64,000 nt of DNA from positions 23,932,001 to 23,996,000 of the forward strand of contig OZ360246.1 in the NCBI GenBank assembly GCA_977017645.1, read 5' to 3'. Made by a program: the position numbers and the translations under genes. Shown here piece after piece: positions 12,121 through 25,499 of the stretch (position 1 is its first letter; every line of letters starts with the position of its first letter). The DNA comes from Torpedo marmorata. Taxonomy: Eukaryota. The notes below the pieces were generated by a model. That model was given only the letters and a program-made list of their open reading frames with translations, ran no database searches and was not told where the DNA came from.

Positions 12121-13864
12121 TTAATCCATGTTCTTATTAATTATAATAAGAAAATTGTAATTAATTTGCAACAATAAATTAATAAACCTCTCCAGTTGAG
12201 CTCAGAATGAATGTAATTTTTTCTGATTTAATTTGTTTCTGTTGCCTTCATAAATCTTTTTATCCATTGCCTCAAACAAAGAGCTTACGAATGTTGTGAT
12301 TAAGTATCTTTCTGTGGCAGAACTGAAATAAATAATTCACTGGCTGGCATTTCCAGGTCACTGGGCTGAAATGTAACTAAATATATCAAGTTGTAAATTC
12401 ATTCAAAGAACATTTTGCGGTCTTTTCATTTCATAGCTGCGACCTTCCCCACAGCACGTGTCCAAAGTGTAACTGAAATCCCAACTACGAAACCCATTGC
12501 TAAAATAATTCATTCAGTACATTTAGCTGAGGGAACAACTCATCCAATTCACTGCAATTTGCTTCACATCCTGCTCACCAGTCACCCTGTGCTCCCTGAC
12601 CTCCACTGGTCTCTTGTTCCAAAGTATTTCATTCATAATGCCCCGCCGTGAGTTTACATCTTGTCATAATCTCACTCCTCCTTATCTCCTCCTCCAGCCA
12701 TACACTCCTCCACCACCTTGCTAAATGTCTCTGACCTCTTGTATCCACTGCTATATATTGCCTTTGGTACCCATTTTATCCAGCTCTCTTCTTCCACCCC
12801 TCTCCTCTATACCTTGAGGAAGGGCTCAGGCCCGAAGCGTCAGTAATATATCTTTACCTCCTCTGGACGTTGCGAGACCGGCTGAGTTCCTCCAGCATTT
12901 CTGTGTTTTTACCTCTCATATGATTGTCAGCTACCTAGAAATTAACTCCCATTGAAAGCTTTAAATGTAATATTGGAAAAGGTCTCTGTAATTCATTTCT
13001 CTTCAGTGAATGCATTGCTGTGGTTGTCAACGTGAACCTAATGGGCTTCTCTCCCTGCCTGTAATGGTAAACCTGGGCCCACTGCTTTTGTACAATCTCG
13101 TCAATAATCCTTTCAGAAAAGCAGCTGATGTAAGTGTTTGAGGGTCCCACCTTGCCCCTCATCCAGGAATGAGATGCTATACACTCTGCTCCGCTGGAAA
13201 GGTCAGTGAGATTGTTGGCCTCTGCTTGTTTTCTGCTCTGTGTTCATATAATTGGATTACATTTCCAACCAGGTTGGATTAAAGGATGCCAGTAAAGGAC
13301 ATTTTGATTTTCACAGCAGGACACGACGTCCAAAGAAATGAAGGCAGTGCATTCAGTAAATCTCAATCAGTGTACCAGTGCTGTTAAAATTATTTCCTTT
13401 TGAAATTACTGTGCTGGTACAATTGTCCTTGAATTCCATTAGACAAAGTATTAAATTATTACAAGTGCATTTTACAGGCTTCAGTTAATACAAATTAACC
13501 ATGCATTGATTTTCCTGAAGTGATTAATCGTACTCATGTACATAATTGCCTATTTTTCAAAAGCATATGAAATAAATTCCACCGTGACATTTTTATTTTT
13601 GCCGTCGCACTGATCTTTAGTGCGATTGTGAGCATTAAGATGGAACACAAAAGGACATTAAAGAGCACTGCCAGCAGCTGCTTCCATCAGTGAGCTCAGC
13701 GTTGCTAGGCAACTGGGGAAAGTGTGTCTGCAGTGGTAATGGTACCTGGCAGCCAGTGTTTTAGGGTAACCATGCCTGTTATATCTTTAGGCAGAAGTTA
13801 AGCAATCCATTATCTGTCCACTACTGTGTAGAAAACTTGAGACCAAAGCAGGAATAAACAGTCA

Positions 13865-14110
13865 CCATTAGGTTAACGCAGCACTATTCCAACGCCAGCG
13901 ACCCGGGTTTGAATCCGGTGCTGTCTGTACAGGAGTTAGTATGTTCTCCCCCTGTCCACCGTGGGTTTCCTCCGGGTGCTCCGGTTTCATCCTACACTCC
14001 AAAGAAATACAGGGTTGGTAGGTTAATTGGTCACATGGCTGTATTTTGGCAACGCGGGTTCGTGGGTCGGAAGGGCCTGTTACCGTGCTGTGTCTCTAAA
14101 TTAAAATAAA
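13865..14110 (+). mobile_element. V-SINE
   Basis: Same family. Confidence 0.8.
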
Positions 14111-16126
14111 TTACATTGTTAAAAAAGGTCTAAATGCATCAAGATTTAGGAGAGAAATGTGAAAGGTATGTTCCTCTTAAATGGACAGTGCTCCCCAACA
14201 CTAATTAGATTAAGTTGAAAGGAGACTGCTTTATCCTGTTACATGACAAGTTCATTTCAATCAGAAGCCTTGAAAGTGTAGGTTTGTGCTTGGGGCAGGA
14301 GATCTATGGAAGGCTCCAAGGGTTTTAATTATGGGACAAATGAAGGAGGCTGTTCAGCCTATCCAAGCTCATCCATCCGGAATGAAATGCATTGCTGTGG
14401 CCCACTGTTGTGGCTGCTCCAAGCCATGTGCTTCAGGATGTTTTTGTCGTTGGCTCGTGGCTCCTCTTGTCCTCCAGAGTGGCTTCACTTACCCCAGTAA
14501 TCTCGGGAGTGCAAACTGTTATAGACTCGGCACGGAAAGAGGCCCTTCAACGCAGCTTGTCCATGCTGAACGTTGTCCACCTAAGCTCGTTCCATTTGCC
14601 TGTGTCTGGCCCACATCCCTCTAACCCTTTCCCAACCATGTCCCTGTCCAAATGTCCTTCAAAAATCACAATTGCACCCACCTCCACCACTTCCTCTGGC
14701 AACTCATTCCACATACCCACCACCCTGTGCGAAAAAGGTTCCTCTCAGGTCCAATCTTTCTCCTCTCACTTTAAACCCTCTAGTGTTAGACTCCGAGGGA
14801 ATCCTGCCACCACTTATCAATGTTTCTCATGATTTTGAATACCTCTGTGAAGTTCCCCTCAGCCTCCTGCGCTCCAAGGTAAAAAGCCCCAGCCGATCCA
14901 GCCTCTCCCTGTAACCCAAACCCAAAATGTAGCCATTTAATGGCATCAGAGGAGCAGTTTTTAAGCTTTCATTCCATTTGAGGAGACAGGTGCCAGGAAA
15001 GTTCCAATAAGGAAAAAAACACAAATGTCTGCAGACGCTGTGATTAAAGTAAAAACACAATGCTGGAGAAACTCAGCAGGTTAAACAGCGTACTTTATAT
15101 AGCAAAGATAAAGATATATAACCAATGTTTCGGACATGAGCCCTTCATCAAGGTATGAAAGGAAAGTTACAATAGTTCAGATTTATTGTCAGAGTACATA
15201 CATGATATCACATACAACCCTGAGATCCTTTTTCCTGTGGGCGAGCCAGAATTTCTACTTATCGGTAGTGCAAAAAAAAAGACCACGCAACGTACACATG
15301 TAAACAAATAAAGAAATGTAAACAAACTGACTGTGCAATATAGAGAGGAAAAAAAAAAGTGCAAAAGTTTCAGATTGAAATTGTCTATCATAATCCCCAA
15401 TATTTTTTCAGGAAGCAAACCTTTTTTTTAAAAAAATTATTGTCCAGCATTATTGACATGATTGGGTTTTTACTAAATTTTCCTCCCCAGTGTTTGAACT
15501 CTGATCCCCATCCTTACCTACTTCTCTTGAAGTGAGATTGCAGTAGGATGCAGCTCCCATTAAAGGTTTGTAACATTGGAAGCAAGTCTGTGATTTTAAT
15601 TCTCCCTTGGTAATACGAATAGATTTCACTTGCAGGTTCCTGCACTCTTTATTTCTCACATGAAGGACATTTGAGGAACAAAACCTTGTTTATGTGGTTT
15701 GGAAGCCACAGCGTACAGCCCCAGGTTTCTGTCTGCCCTCAAAAGGGAAATAGAGATGATGGATTTTTCTCTCAGCTTGTTTTGCTCGGTTGCCAGGCAG
15801 AACTGTATCATTTCATGAGCTGAAATACTCCTACGACTACACACTCCACTGATTTATAAGTAGATTCCCCTTCAAATGTCCTCAAAACACATACAGTATT
15901 TCAGTTACAGCCCACTGAGTTATTTTTTTTCCAGTGGTTTGAGTTGTCCAGAATGGGTTCTCTTTGTCTTTCTCAGAGGTCCAGGTGGGTGGGGTTCGAA
16001 GAGAGATGAGCCCTTGTCATATTTCACGAAACGCTAAAGCCAAGCTTGTGAATGGCCCGATGCCAATGTTTCTGACTTTGGAAAACAGGCCCAAAACTGC
16101 TCACACACTGTGGCTCAGGCTGTGTG

Positions 16127-16770
16127 CACCTGCAACAACTCCACTGACAGTGTCTGCAGGCCAGAGTGAAATCTGGAGAACACGAACCAGTCCTCATCGA
16201 GGGGTCAGCAGTAGAGAGGGTCAAGAACTTCAAATTCCTGGGTGTCAACATCTCTGAGGATCTGTTCTGGAGCCTCCATGTTGATGCAATCACGAAGCAG
16301 GCTCGCCAGCAGCTATACTTTGTAAGGAGTTCGAGGAGATTCGAAGACTCTCGGAAACTTCTACAGGTGTACCGTGGAGAGCATTATGGCTGGTATGGAA
16401 GTGCCAACGCTGAAGAGAGGAAAAAGCTCCAGCAGGTTGTTAACTTGGCCTGTGACATCACGGGCACCAGACTTCACTCCATCGAGGACATCTGCAAGAG
16501 GCGGTGTCTTAAGAAAGCAGCCTCTATCCTCAAGGACCCCCACCACCCAAGTCATGCCCTTTTCACTCTGCTACCATTGGGAAAAAGGTACAGGAACCTG
16601 AAGATGAGCACTCAGCGTCACAAGGACAGTTTCTTCCCCTCTGCCATCAGATTCCTGAACCATTTTTATTTATTTTGTAATGTGGTTTATAGAAATGTTT
16701 GCACTGTGATGCTGCCGCAAAACAATGAATTTCGTGACACGTTCATGACAATAAATTCTGATTCTGATCA
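16127..16770 (+). mobile_element. Rex1/Babar-type LINE 3' fragment
   Basis: ORF 16166-16777 (FKFLGVNISEDL.WS.H...SFFPSAIRFLN); (ttctga)n tail; close to the 575-1480 copy. Confidence 0.85.
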
Positions 16771-17293
16771 GGTCTGAAAGGGCTCCAGCACACTGTTCCC
16801 CCACACCACCCCACCGCTGGACACTTTGGGGTACGATTCCAAGTCCTCAGCCTGGACACATGGGTCAAGCAGCGTGTGGGGAGAGAGAGGAAATGGTTTT
16901 TCATCGAAACTATGAAAAGCCTCCGCCAGGTGCGCACTCAACCTCTCCCTGTCTCCGCACCATCACAGACCGCACTTTTGGTTCTTTCTCCCCCTTCAAC
17001 CACCCCTCCGCTCCCAACATCACCACGATCATCACCTTTCGCTGCAACTTAAAACTGGTTTGATTTACAACTTCTCCCAGTTTTGGTAAAAGGTCATCAA
17101 TGTGAAAGGTTCATTCTGTTTTGCTCTCTCCGCTGCCTGACCTGCTGATTGTTTTCAGCATTTGGCTCTTTTTTTTTTTAAATCACCAATTACTGAATCT
17201 AGAAATGAACATTAAACATGCTTAACCTACATTTTCTCCAGATTTCCAAAGAATCTTGCTGAATGATTTTCTGTTTGTTTCAATTGACTTTAG

Positions 17294-17348
17294 CCATCTG
17301 GAGTTCTGGGAGCTAACATTCAGGAGCCAGTCTTTCCTCTATAAACAG
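17294..17348 (+). CDS. PUSL1: PUSL1 internal exon (human exon 6 equivalent)
   Basis: tttag| to |gtgagt; 55 nt. (S)HLEFWELTFRSQSFLYKQ; phases fit both neighbouring exons. Confidence 0.93.
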
Positions 17349-17439
17349 GTGAGTGCAGATCATTTGCACAAACGGTTTCCTTCCTATCTCCTGTCTGCAT
17401 GAATCAGTATCTATAGCTGTAGCTTTGGGGATATTGCAG

Positions 17440-17785
17440 CATAGAGGTTAGGTTACGAGGCTAACCGCCACAGTTCTGGACCATTGAACCAGGCACAATG
17501 AGTTCAAATCCCACTATGTAACCTGGGGAATTAAATTCACGTAATGAAATAAATCTGAGAAAAGAAAACGGGTCTCCGTAACGCTAAGAAACCACTAGAT
17601 TCTTGCAGAAAACCATCTGGTTCACAAATGCCATTCAGGGAAGGAAATCTGTCAGTTCGCCATGTGACTGCAGACTCAGCAATGTGGTTGGCTCTTAACG
17701 ACCTCCTCAGTTCTGGGCAGTTAGACATGGACAATAAATGCTAGTATTGCCAGTGACATCTACATTCTGATAACCAATAAATAAG
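17440..17785 (+). mobile_element. Older tRNA-SINE; related copies near 2750-3050, 11200-11310 and 36660-36960
   Basis: gagttcaaatccc B-box and shared tggttcac...cagggaagg.aa.ctg...caataaatgct segments. Confidence 0.55.
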
Positions 17786-20019
17786 CTGTCTTGTTACAAT
17801 AAGCAATATATCAATGATCATTCTTTTAATCCCTCACATATTTTGCAGTTTGTGACTGCAATGGTTTTAGGGCAACAGGCAGAGAAACAAGCACATGTCA
17901 GCAATGTTTGCTGAAGGCCTAGAAGGCTATGTTTAAAACCATGTCTCAGAAACAAAGTGGATTACATTCAATTAGCCACTCTGGAGTGCAGTCAGAGTGA
18001 ACTAACTCAATAGGTGTCTTACAGGCAGAGGGTAGTGCAAACATAATCTCTCGATATTTAATAAGGATGACATGTCGTTAGAATGCACGTCAGGACGTGG
18101 TCATTGAGTATAAAAGCCAAATTTCAAGAGCTGTCGGCATAGATAAGGGAACACTCACAGTCTTTTCCCCAGGGTGGAGGGCACAGGTTTAAGGTGAGAG
18201 GGGAAAGATTTAAAGGGGAGCTGAGGGGCACGATTTTCACACAGAGGGTAGTGGGCGTGAGGAATAAGCTGCCAGAGGATGTGGTAGAGGCGGGGACAAT
18301 TACAACATTCAGACAGGTACGTGGATGGGAAGGCGTTAGAGGGATACGGGCGAAGTACAGGCAACTTGGTGGACATGGACAAGTTGGGCCGAAGAGCCTG
18401 TTCCTTTGCTGCTTTGCTCTGACTGTAATATAATCATTAAATCTCCAATGTTTCCTTAATCGGAGCGACTCCTTTTTACCACCATCACCCTCCAACAGCT
18501 GACAGAACTTGTCCTCAATGCTTTTAAAATGTTGTTACTGTCCCTAATTCATGGGACCATTACTCTCTCTCCCAATTCCCTCTGTACAATATGATTTGAA
18601 TTCTCCAGTTTTCCCATGACGAACACATCCTTGTTTCCTATGGATTTTTACTTGCATTTGCAAATCCCACAACACTCCATTGGTTTATTCTACTTCTACT
18701 TGGGTTTATTTTCCTGAATCAACCACGTGCTTTCCCAAAGTCTGATGAAGTCTCTTCTACTTCTAGTTGCTTGTCTTTTCTGTCAGATGCCTCCATGCTT
18801 TCTGTGGTCTGCACCAACGAGGACCCTCTGCTGTACAAAATGTGCTGCAGTCCCACTGCCAGCTCTGATGAATGGCACCCAATTCATTTTCAGCCACTGC
18901 TCGACCATTTACTTTCTCCACGTCAACCACTAAGAAGCTTTTTATTGCAACCTCCAAAAGTTTTCAGCTCTGAAACAACTCTGTGTGGCATCTTGTCAAC
19001 CTGGACACGAGATTGAGAGTATTCATGATGTGCCCTGTTTCAAATTCTCTGCCATCTGTGCTGCTCTTCATTCCAGGAACTGTTCACACCATCTGCCCAG
19101 CCATGGAGAGGTTGCTGCAGTGCCAGCATCTCTGAAAGCGTGGACAGGTCCCTCACAAATGCCTGCCAAAAGATGCAGCCAATTTCTGCATGTTAGGATC
19201 AATGAGGTAAATAACCAGAGGTTAATGTTGATAGGACACAGCGAAAATTCTTTGAAAAGTACCAAGTGCTCTTTTAAGTCCATCCAAAAAACTAATTAAA
19301 ATTGGAATTGTATTGATACTAAATTGGAGCAATTATAGTAATCTAATCTTGGATTCTAACACAGCTATTTGGCCCACAATGTCTGTACAGGCACTCTGAG
19401 TTTCCAAACAGTCCACCCCTCCTACCTTTGGCACTCTCTGAGATTATTAAGATGCATTGTAAATGCAAATCATCCTTCCTACAATGCAGTGAATTTTTAT
19501 TTTGTTTTTCTTGCAGCAGTGATAGGAGGTGGCAACTTTGTACATTTATTCACAAAATAAAGTAGATCTCCAATGAACACTTCATAGAATTTCTCTATTT
19601 AACACACAGGACCCCTTTTGGTTCAATTATCCTTTTACAAAATTAACAATTCTTTCAGTTTGTAGAACTACTAAATATTTCTGAATGTAGCTATTATTTT
19701 TGTTGCCAATTATCGTTGGCCACAGAGCAAGAGATAACTTGAGGGTGAACCATTATCACTGTCCAAAGAATATTTTAAAACAATTAGAAGTCTGATCTCG
19801 ACTGAACCTGCAATGTCTTGCTGACACATAGTGATGTCTGTCCACGGTTGCTTGATATTATCACCGGCAATAAAATGTGGGGGCTGTAAAATTGCAGGAG
19901 AGTGCAGGCATTCTAAGCTTGGCATTGTTAGACATGGCCAGGTGATGTATTAAAACACTGGGAGGGGAACACCTGATGGGGCCAGCAGTGTGAGGCATTA
20001 GGTCACTGAATAGTTTGTT

Positions 20020-20600
20020 GTCTTAGCTGTACAAGACATTGGTGAGGCCAAATTTGGAGTATTGTGTGCAGCTTTGGTCACCTAACTACAGGAAAGATTA
20101 AAGGACTGCAGAGAAAATTTACAAGGATGTTGCCGAGACTTGAAGAGTTGAGTTATAGGGAAAGGCTGAATAGGCTAAGAACTTATTCCTGGAGTGTCGG
20201 AGAATGAGGGGAGATTTGATAGAGGTATTCAAAATTATGAGGGGTGCAGAGAGGGTAAATGCAAGCAGGCTTTTTCCACTGAGGTTGGGTGAGACAAGAA
20301 CAGGAGGACATAGGTTAAGGGTGAAAGGTGAAATGTTTAAGGCGAACATTTGGGGGAACTTCTTCACATAGAGGGTGGTGAGAGTGTGGGAACGAGCTGA
20401 CAGAAGTAGTGGAGGCTATAGGTTTGATTTTGATAGAGAAGATTGGATAGTTACCTGGATGGGAGGGGTATGGAGGGCTATGTTCTGGGTACAGGTCAAT
20501 GGGACGAGGCAAAATAAATAGTTTGGCACAGACTGGATTGGCCGAGGGGCCTGTTTCTGTGCTACAGTGTTGAATGGTTTCCCGTTTCTATGGTTCTATG
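20020..20600 (+). mobile_element. CR1 LINE 3' fragment
   Basis: YKTLVRP.LEYCVQLWSP.YRKD and RMRGDLIEVFKIMRG motifs; tail ending in ttctat-like repeats. Confidence 0.85.
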
Positions 20601-21084
20601 TCAGGAAGGAAAGTTGGTGTTTGGTGGTTAGATCTGCCCAGTGAGCTCAGAACAACGGTCCTGGCCTCCTTCCACCATCTCCTCCCTCTCGTCCTGGATA
20701 CTCTGCTGCATCACCCAGATGATAACGTGCATGGGTGTTTCTATGTGGGAACGCTCGGGGGTCAAGAGCAGATTACACACAGGACTCCTGGCCCCTTTTC
20801 CTGATCCTAACCAAGGGTGAAAGCCATTGCAGGAACTCTCCAAACAGAGCACTAGCCAAAGCCAGGGTCATTTGGCAGTGAGGCTCCCTGCAGCAGTTCA
20901 CTTACTAATCCATCCATTGAGAGGATTGTTGTTTTATTTTTAATTAATTTTTTGTTATTTTAACCTCTTCGATTCAGATTTCAGATTTATTGTCAGAGTA
21001 CATACATGACATTACATACAACCCTGAGATTCCTTTTTCCTGCGGGCGCGGCAGAATTAGTGTTAATGCTGTTCAGCAGTGTTT

Positions 21085-21325
21085 CCTAATCCGTGAAAGA
21101 TGTGTTCAGTGTGGTGCTGAGGGAGTGCCACAGTGTCAGAGATGTCCCATCTATTAGAGGACACTTTAACCTGTTGTCCTGTGCCCAGGTGGATGTTGAA
21201 GGTTCTCGGCGAAGAGCAGAATTATCTCTGAACTCCTGACCACTGTTTATCACATGCACAGCATCACTAAAATGTGTTCCCTGCTCATTATCATGCAGCT
21301 TTTCTTGGGAGCTTGCTCTGTACCC
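21085..21325 (+). mobile_element. Ancient Deu-domain-like SINE remnant
   Basis: gctgagggagtgc...gaagagcag...ttatc...gggagcttgct resembles the Deu-SINE core from recall; related pieces near 1610-1700 and 11480-11570. Confidence 0.45.
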
Positions 21326-21969
21326 ATCAGTTGTCAGCTTTGTGCTCTCAAGTCAAGTTTATTGTCATCTGATTGTACAAGTACAACCCGACGAAACAGC
21401 GTTCTCTGGTCCTCGGTGGAAAACACGCAGAGATACAACCAAAGCTTCAAACGTTGGCTGGTTATGAAAGCCGCTGTAAACCAAAATGCTTCTTATTTTT
21501 GTAAAAGATACATCACACCAAGTACCAGCTCACTTCATCATCAGATGGTACTGCCGGAGACTGATTGGCTCTCATATCATGTATATAGCCTGCCAAGGAA
21601 AGTGGAGAAGTGGTTTCAGAGACTCCCCCCCACACCCAAGAGCACAGCTCGGGCCTCAAGCAAAGTGGGGCTTCCCAGATTTACGAGTTGTTGCAAGGGA
21701 AAGAGGTGGCTTGGCTCGAAAGAGGAAGCGAAGCTCGTTAGAGGCCGGGGCAGATGCAGGAATTCTGCTCAAGGTCAGAAGGGGTGGGCTGAGAGGATCA
21801 GCTAGGGTGGAAGGGACGGTGCCGGTGTGAGAACAAGTTTCAGGGTTATAGGGCAAATGGGACTGATGGGATTTCTCTGTTGGGAGCTGGCATGGACTTG
21901 ATGGGCTGAATAGCCCAATCTCTGTCATGCACTCAATCCATTGCTGTCTCTTTTTTACCAAAATATCTA

Positions 21970-22562
21970 CCGTATATTTCGGCGTATAAGACGACCTTCA
22001 GATACGACGGGTCCCCAATTTCAGCCTGAATGTCATGGTTTTATCATATGTCGGGTGTATATGATAACAATACGTGTGTTGACTGAGCTGGTGTCACGTT
22101 GACTGAGCTGTTGGGTGTGGCCGGAAGGTGGGTGTTATCATGGAGCCTCCAGCAAAACGAAGAAAGTATGAAGCAAATCTTTCAAAAAGTGCGGTATCTC
22201 TAGTGCAATGGATGATTTATTGTGGGACACTGACGACGAAGCAGAAACCGACTCATCAGATTCAGACTGGGACCCGTATGATGACAGTGTAAACAGTGAG
22301 ACTTCGGATGTGCTTGCCGAGTTCTTTGCCTTAGGCGATGATATTGAAGGATTTTAGATGTGTGTTTTTTTTTTACAATAAAAATTTCTTTCTAATAAAA
22401 TTTGTTGTAGGGTGGGGTCTGAGTGGGTTATGGAACCAATCGAGTGGTATTTTGAGTAGAATTTTAAGGTCACGTTTTTGTATCTGGCCTATAAGACGAC
22501 CCCTGTTTTTGGTGTGTTTTTTTGGGTGCTTCAAGGGTCGTCTTATACGCCGAAATATACGG
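21970..22562 (+). mobile_element. Internally deleted pogo-superfamily DNA transposon (POGK/Passer-like)
   Basis: Perfect 27-bp TIRs CCGTATATTTCGGCGTATAAGACGACC, TA TSD; transposase N-terminal (MEPPAKRRKYEA) and C-terminal (SFKKCGISSAMD...EGF-stop) remnants. Confidence 0.88.
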
Positions 22563-25499
22563 TATTTTTTAAAGTAGGTGTAGTGTCCTCCCTGTGCAAT
22601 TGTTCCTTAAATTAAACTTCCCAGGATACAGTGTGTACACAGTTCACATCAGGCAGTGTTCAACTGTCACAATGGTGGTTATGGACAGTGGTTGCTCACT
22701 TCGGTAAATTGAAGGACCCTGTTTTCACTTCACCTGCTTTAGGTTTGACATCCACACCTATTACCACGCGTGTAAAAATTCTCCACTTCATATTTACTAC
22801 ATCTACATCGTATTTACCACAAAGCCAGGATGCTTCAGGGGTTAGGCTGGTGAAAATGGTAGTGACGGTTGTTAAGTGCACTGCCCTTCCTTCCAGATGC
22901 TGTGATGCTGGCTGAAGGTGACTGTGGAAAGTGCTTGGAGGACACAGTGGTGTTTGGCAAAGCGAATTTCACCCATCCGTCAGGGCCCAGGGGACTGGGG
23001 CTTGTGCGGCAGAAGGCCGACAGAGACCCCTGCTGGCTGAACCTGAGAAAGCTCGACTTACGCAACAATTGACGAATATCTTACATTTGATTTTGCTTTT
23101 GGTAAAAAGGGATTGAGCTCATGATAAAGAGCGAGCCATTCAGCCCATTAAGTTCGTGCCAGCTACTACCAGTCCCATTTTTTCTCTCTCCCTATTTTCC
23201 CTGCAACTTACACGCCCATCAACTCCCCTATTCTTTTGCTACTTCCCTGCACTAAAGGATATTTTACAGACCCCAGTTAACACACAAGTGCATCTTTGGG
23301 ATGTGAAAGGAAATTACAGCACACAGAGGTGACCCACGCAGTCGTAGAAGAGTATGCAAACTCCACACAGAGATCAGCATCAAACCTAAATGCTACTCCG
23401 CTGAGCCAGAAAGTCCCCCTGATGTCTGTAAGAGCTCTGGGCTGAATTTGAATGTTACATTACTGCAATTTCTCGAGTTACTCAGGATTATCCTCCTGAC
23501 GAATGCTTTGTCTAAAAAGCTGCGCAAAATGCAAGATGGGTGTTTTGGTGCACTGTAGTCCTCTGCACAGAGAGTGGCATGCTATTTATTATCATGAAAA
23601 ATTAGCTTTATTAATTGAAAATATTTATTCTAAAGAGTCTATGAAAAAGATTGTAAACTAAATATTTATAAATCAAGGAATTACTCCCCTCTCTGCCCCT
23701 CCCAAACAAATGGTGGACTATCACATTTGCAGATAGGTGGGTTTTTAGAGAGTATAAAGTTCCTAAAGGAGGCGGATTACTGACGTTGTAGAGAGAAATT
23801 GGGATAAACCTCAACTGTTTGTCTTTAACAGACTTTGAGCATCCGCAATTCCCCCATTGTTCTCTTAGCTGCACAGTAGTACTTTTGCCTCTGAGTTGGA
23901 AGATTAACCCCATGTGAGGTTAAAATCTAAGATGACACATCAGAGCAGGAAATGCAGCGCTGTCGGAGGTGGGTGGCTCAGTTGTGCAGAGGAGCTTGGA
24001 CCAGTGATGTCATATGTGCTCGATTCTGCTCCAAGGGGTTGGAGAGAGCATTCCTTTTCTCAACTGGTCTAAGATCTCAGACTCAAAGGCTTTGATAAGG
24101 TGTCCCACAGGATGTTTTCAAACAAAACAATTCGCTGGGGAGAAAGAAATTGTTAACATTTCGGGTCGAGACCCTGCATCGTTTAATGCCCCTCAACACA
24201 CGGAGTTCCTCCAGCAGATTGTTTTTTGCTCCAGATTCCAGCTTCTGCAGTCTCTTGTATCACTGTGGTGTTTGAGGTAGGGGATACTTTTCTGGCACAG
24301 ACTGGGGATGGGTTAATGGAGAAAAAAAAGGAATAGGAATATATACTGATCAGTTTTGCTTTGGGAGGTTGTGACTAGGGGAGTGCTACATCGATCAGTG
24401 ATGGGACCCCAGCTGTTGACAATCAGTATCAAGGCTTGAGATTAGGAGCCAAGTATCATATATCTAAACTTGCTGATATTGCAAAGCCATGTGGCAGTGT
24501 GGAAAACTAAGTGAACAGAGAAGGACTACTATGGAACAAATGGGAGATCATCCATTTTAGTAAAAACATTAGAAGTGCAGTTTAGAAGAATGAAAGGAAA
24601 TCTCATTGAATTCTTTTGGGGTTCACAGGATAGATGCAGAGATCGAGAATCTGGGATCAGGGGTTGATCATCCAGGACAGTGATGAGCTTCTGCCTAGAG
24701 GGTAGTCAGTCTTTGGAATGTTCTCCTCATGAGGCTCAATTATGGAGTAGCTTTAAGACAGAGTTGTGCGGTCAAATAGCCACTGTCACCTTTGCTCTTT
24801 CAGGGTATTTTCTGCATCACTCAGAAGGTTACTGAGTTGGTGAGGTGAGGGTAGATGGCTGTAGGGTTAGGCTGTATGAAGTGAGCGGTGTCTGCTAGTG
24901 GACCAGGTCAGAATGGGGGCAGCTTGATGGTTGAGCTAACCTGTATACCAGGGTATATTTACCCGAGCCATCGTTCTGATGAGATTTCGAACAGTACATG
25001 TGTTGAAAGGTCCCGAGGCTCTGTTTGTGGAACTGCAGAGCAATTTCTGCTGGTGTCTCTTGACCAGCATGTCCCCTCAGTTTCCCCGAGACCAGAGGGA
25101 TCAAAGCAGAAAGTATCGTTACTACTCCTTTAAGCTGCGGCAACCCCAGGAGATATCTCAGTGCTAAGATTGCTAATTGATATCTCCAGACAGCGATTAA
25201 AGCTTCTACCTAAATGAAGCACCTCCTCACTCGCTTTGTGTCTCAGAGATGGGTAATGGAAACAGTGAGTCAGAGTTGCCTGGTACCACACACTGCCTTG
25301 TGGTTTTACGGTTCATCATGCTGTCTCCACTGTAATCTGATGGTCTTTGCTCTTGAATCTTAACTATAAAAGCTGAAACTTTGCTGTTGTTCAGTCAGAA
25401 GATAAATATTTCAGAGATGGAATCTGTCATTACCAGTCCCCCACCATAACCTGTGCTCCCTCCCTCCATATACCTATCCAACAGCACATCATCTCAGCA

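Noticed and set aside
21254-21830. 183-aa and 114-aa ORFs
   Set aside because: They run across SINE and LINE-tail remnants with no protein motif.
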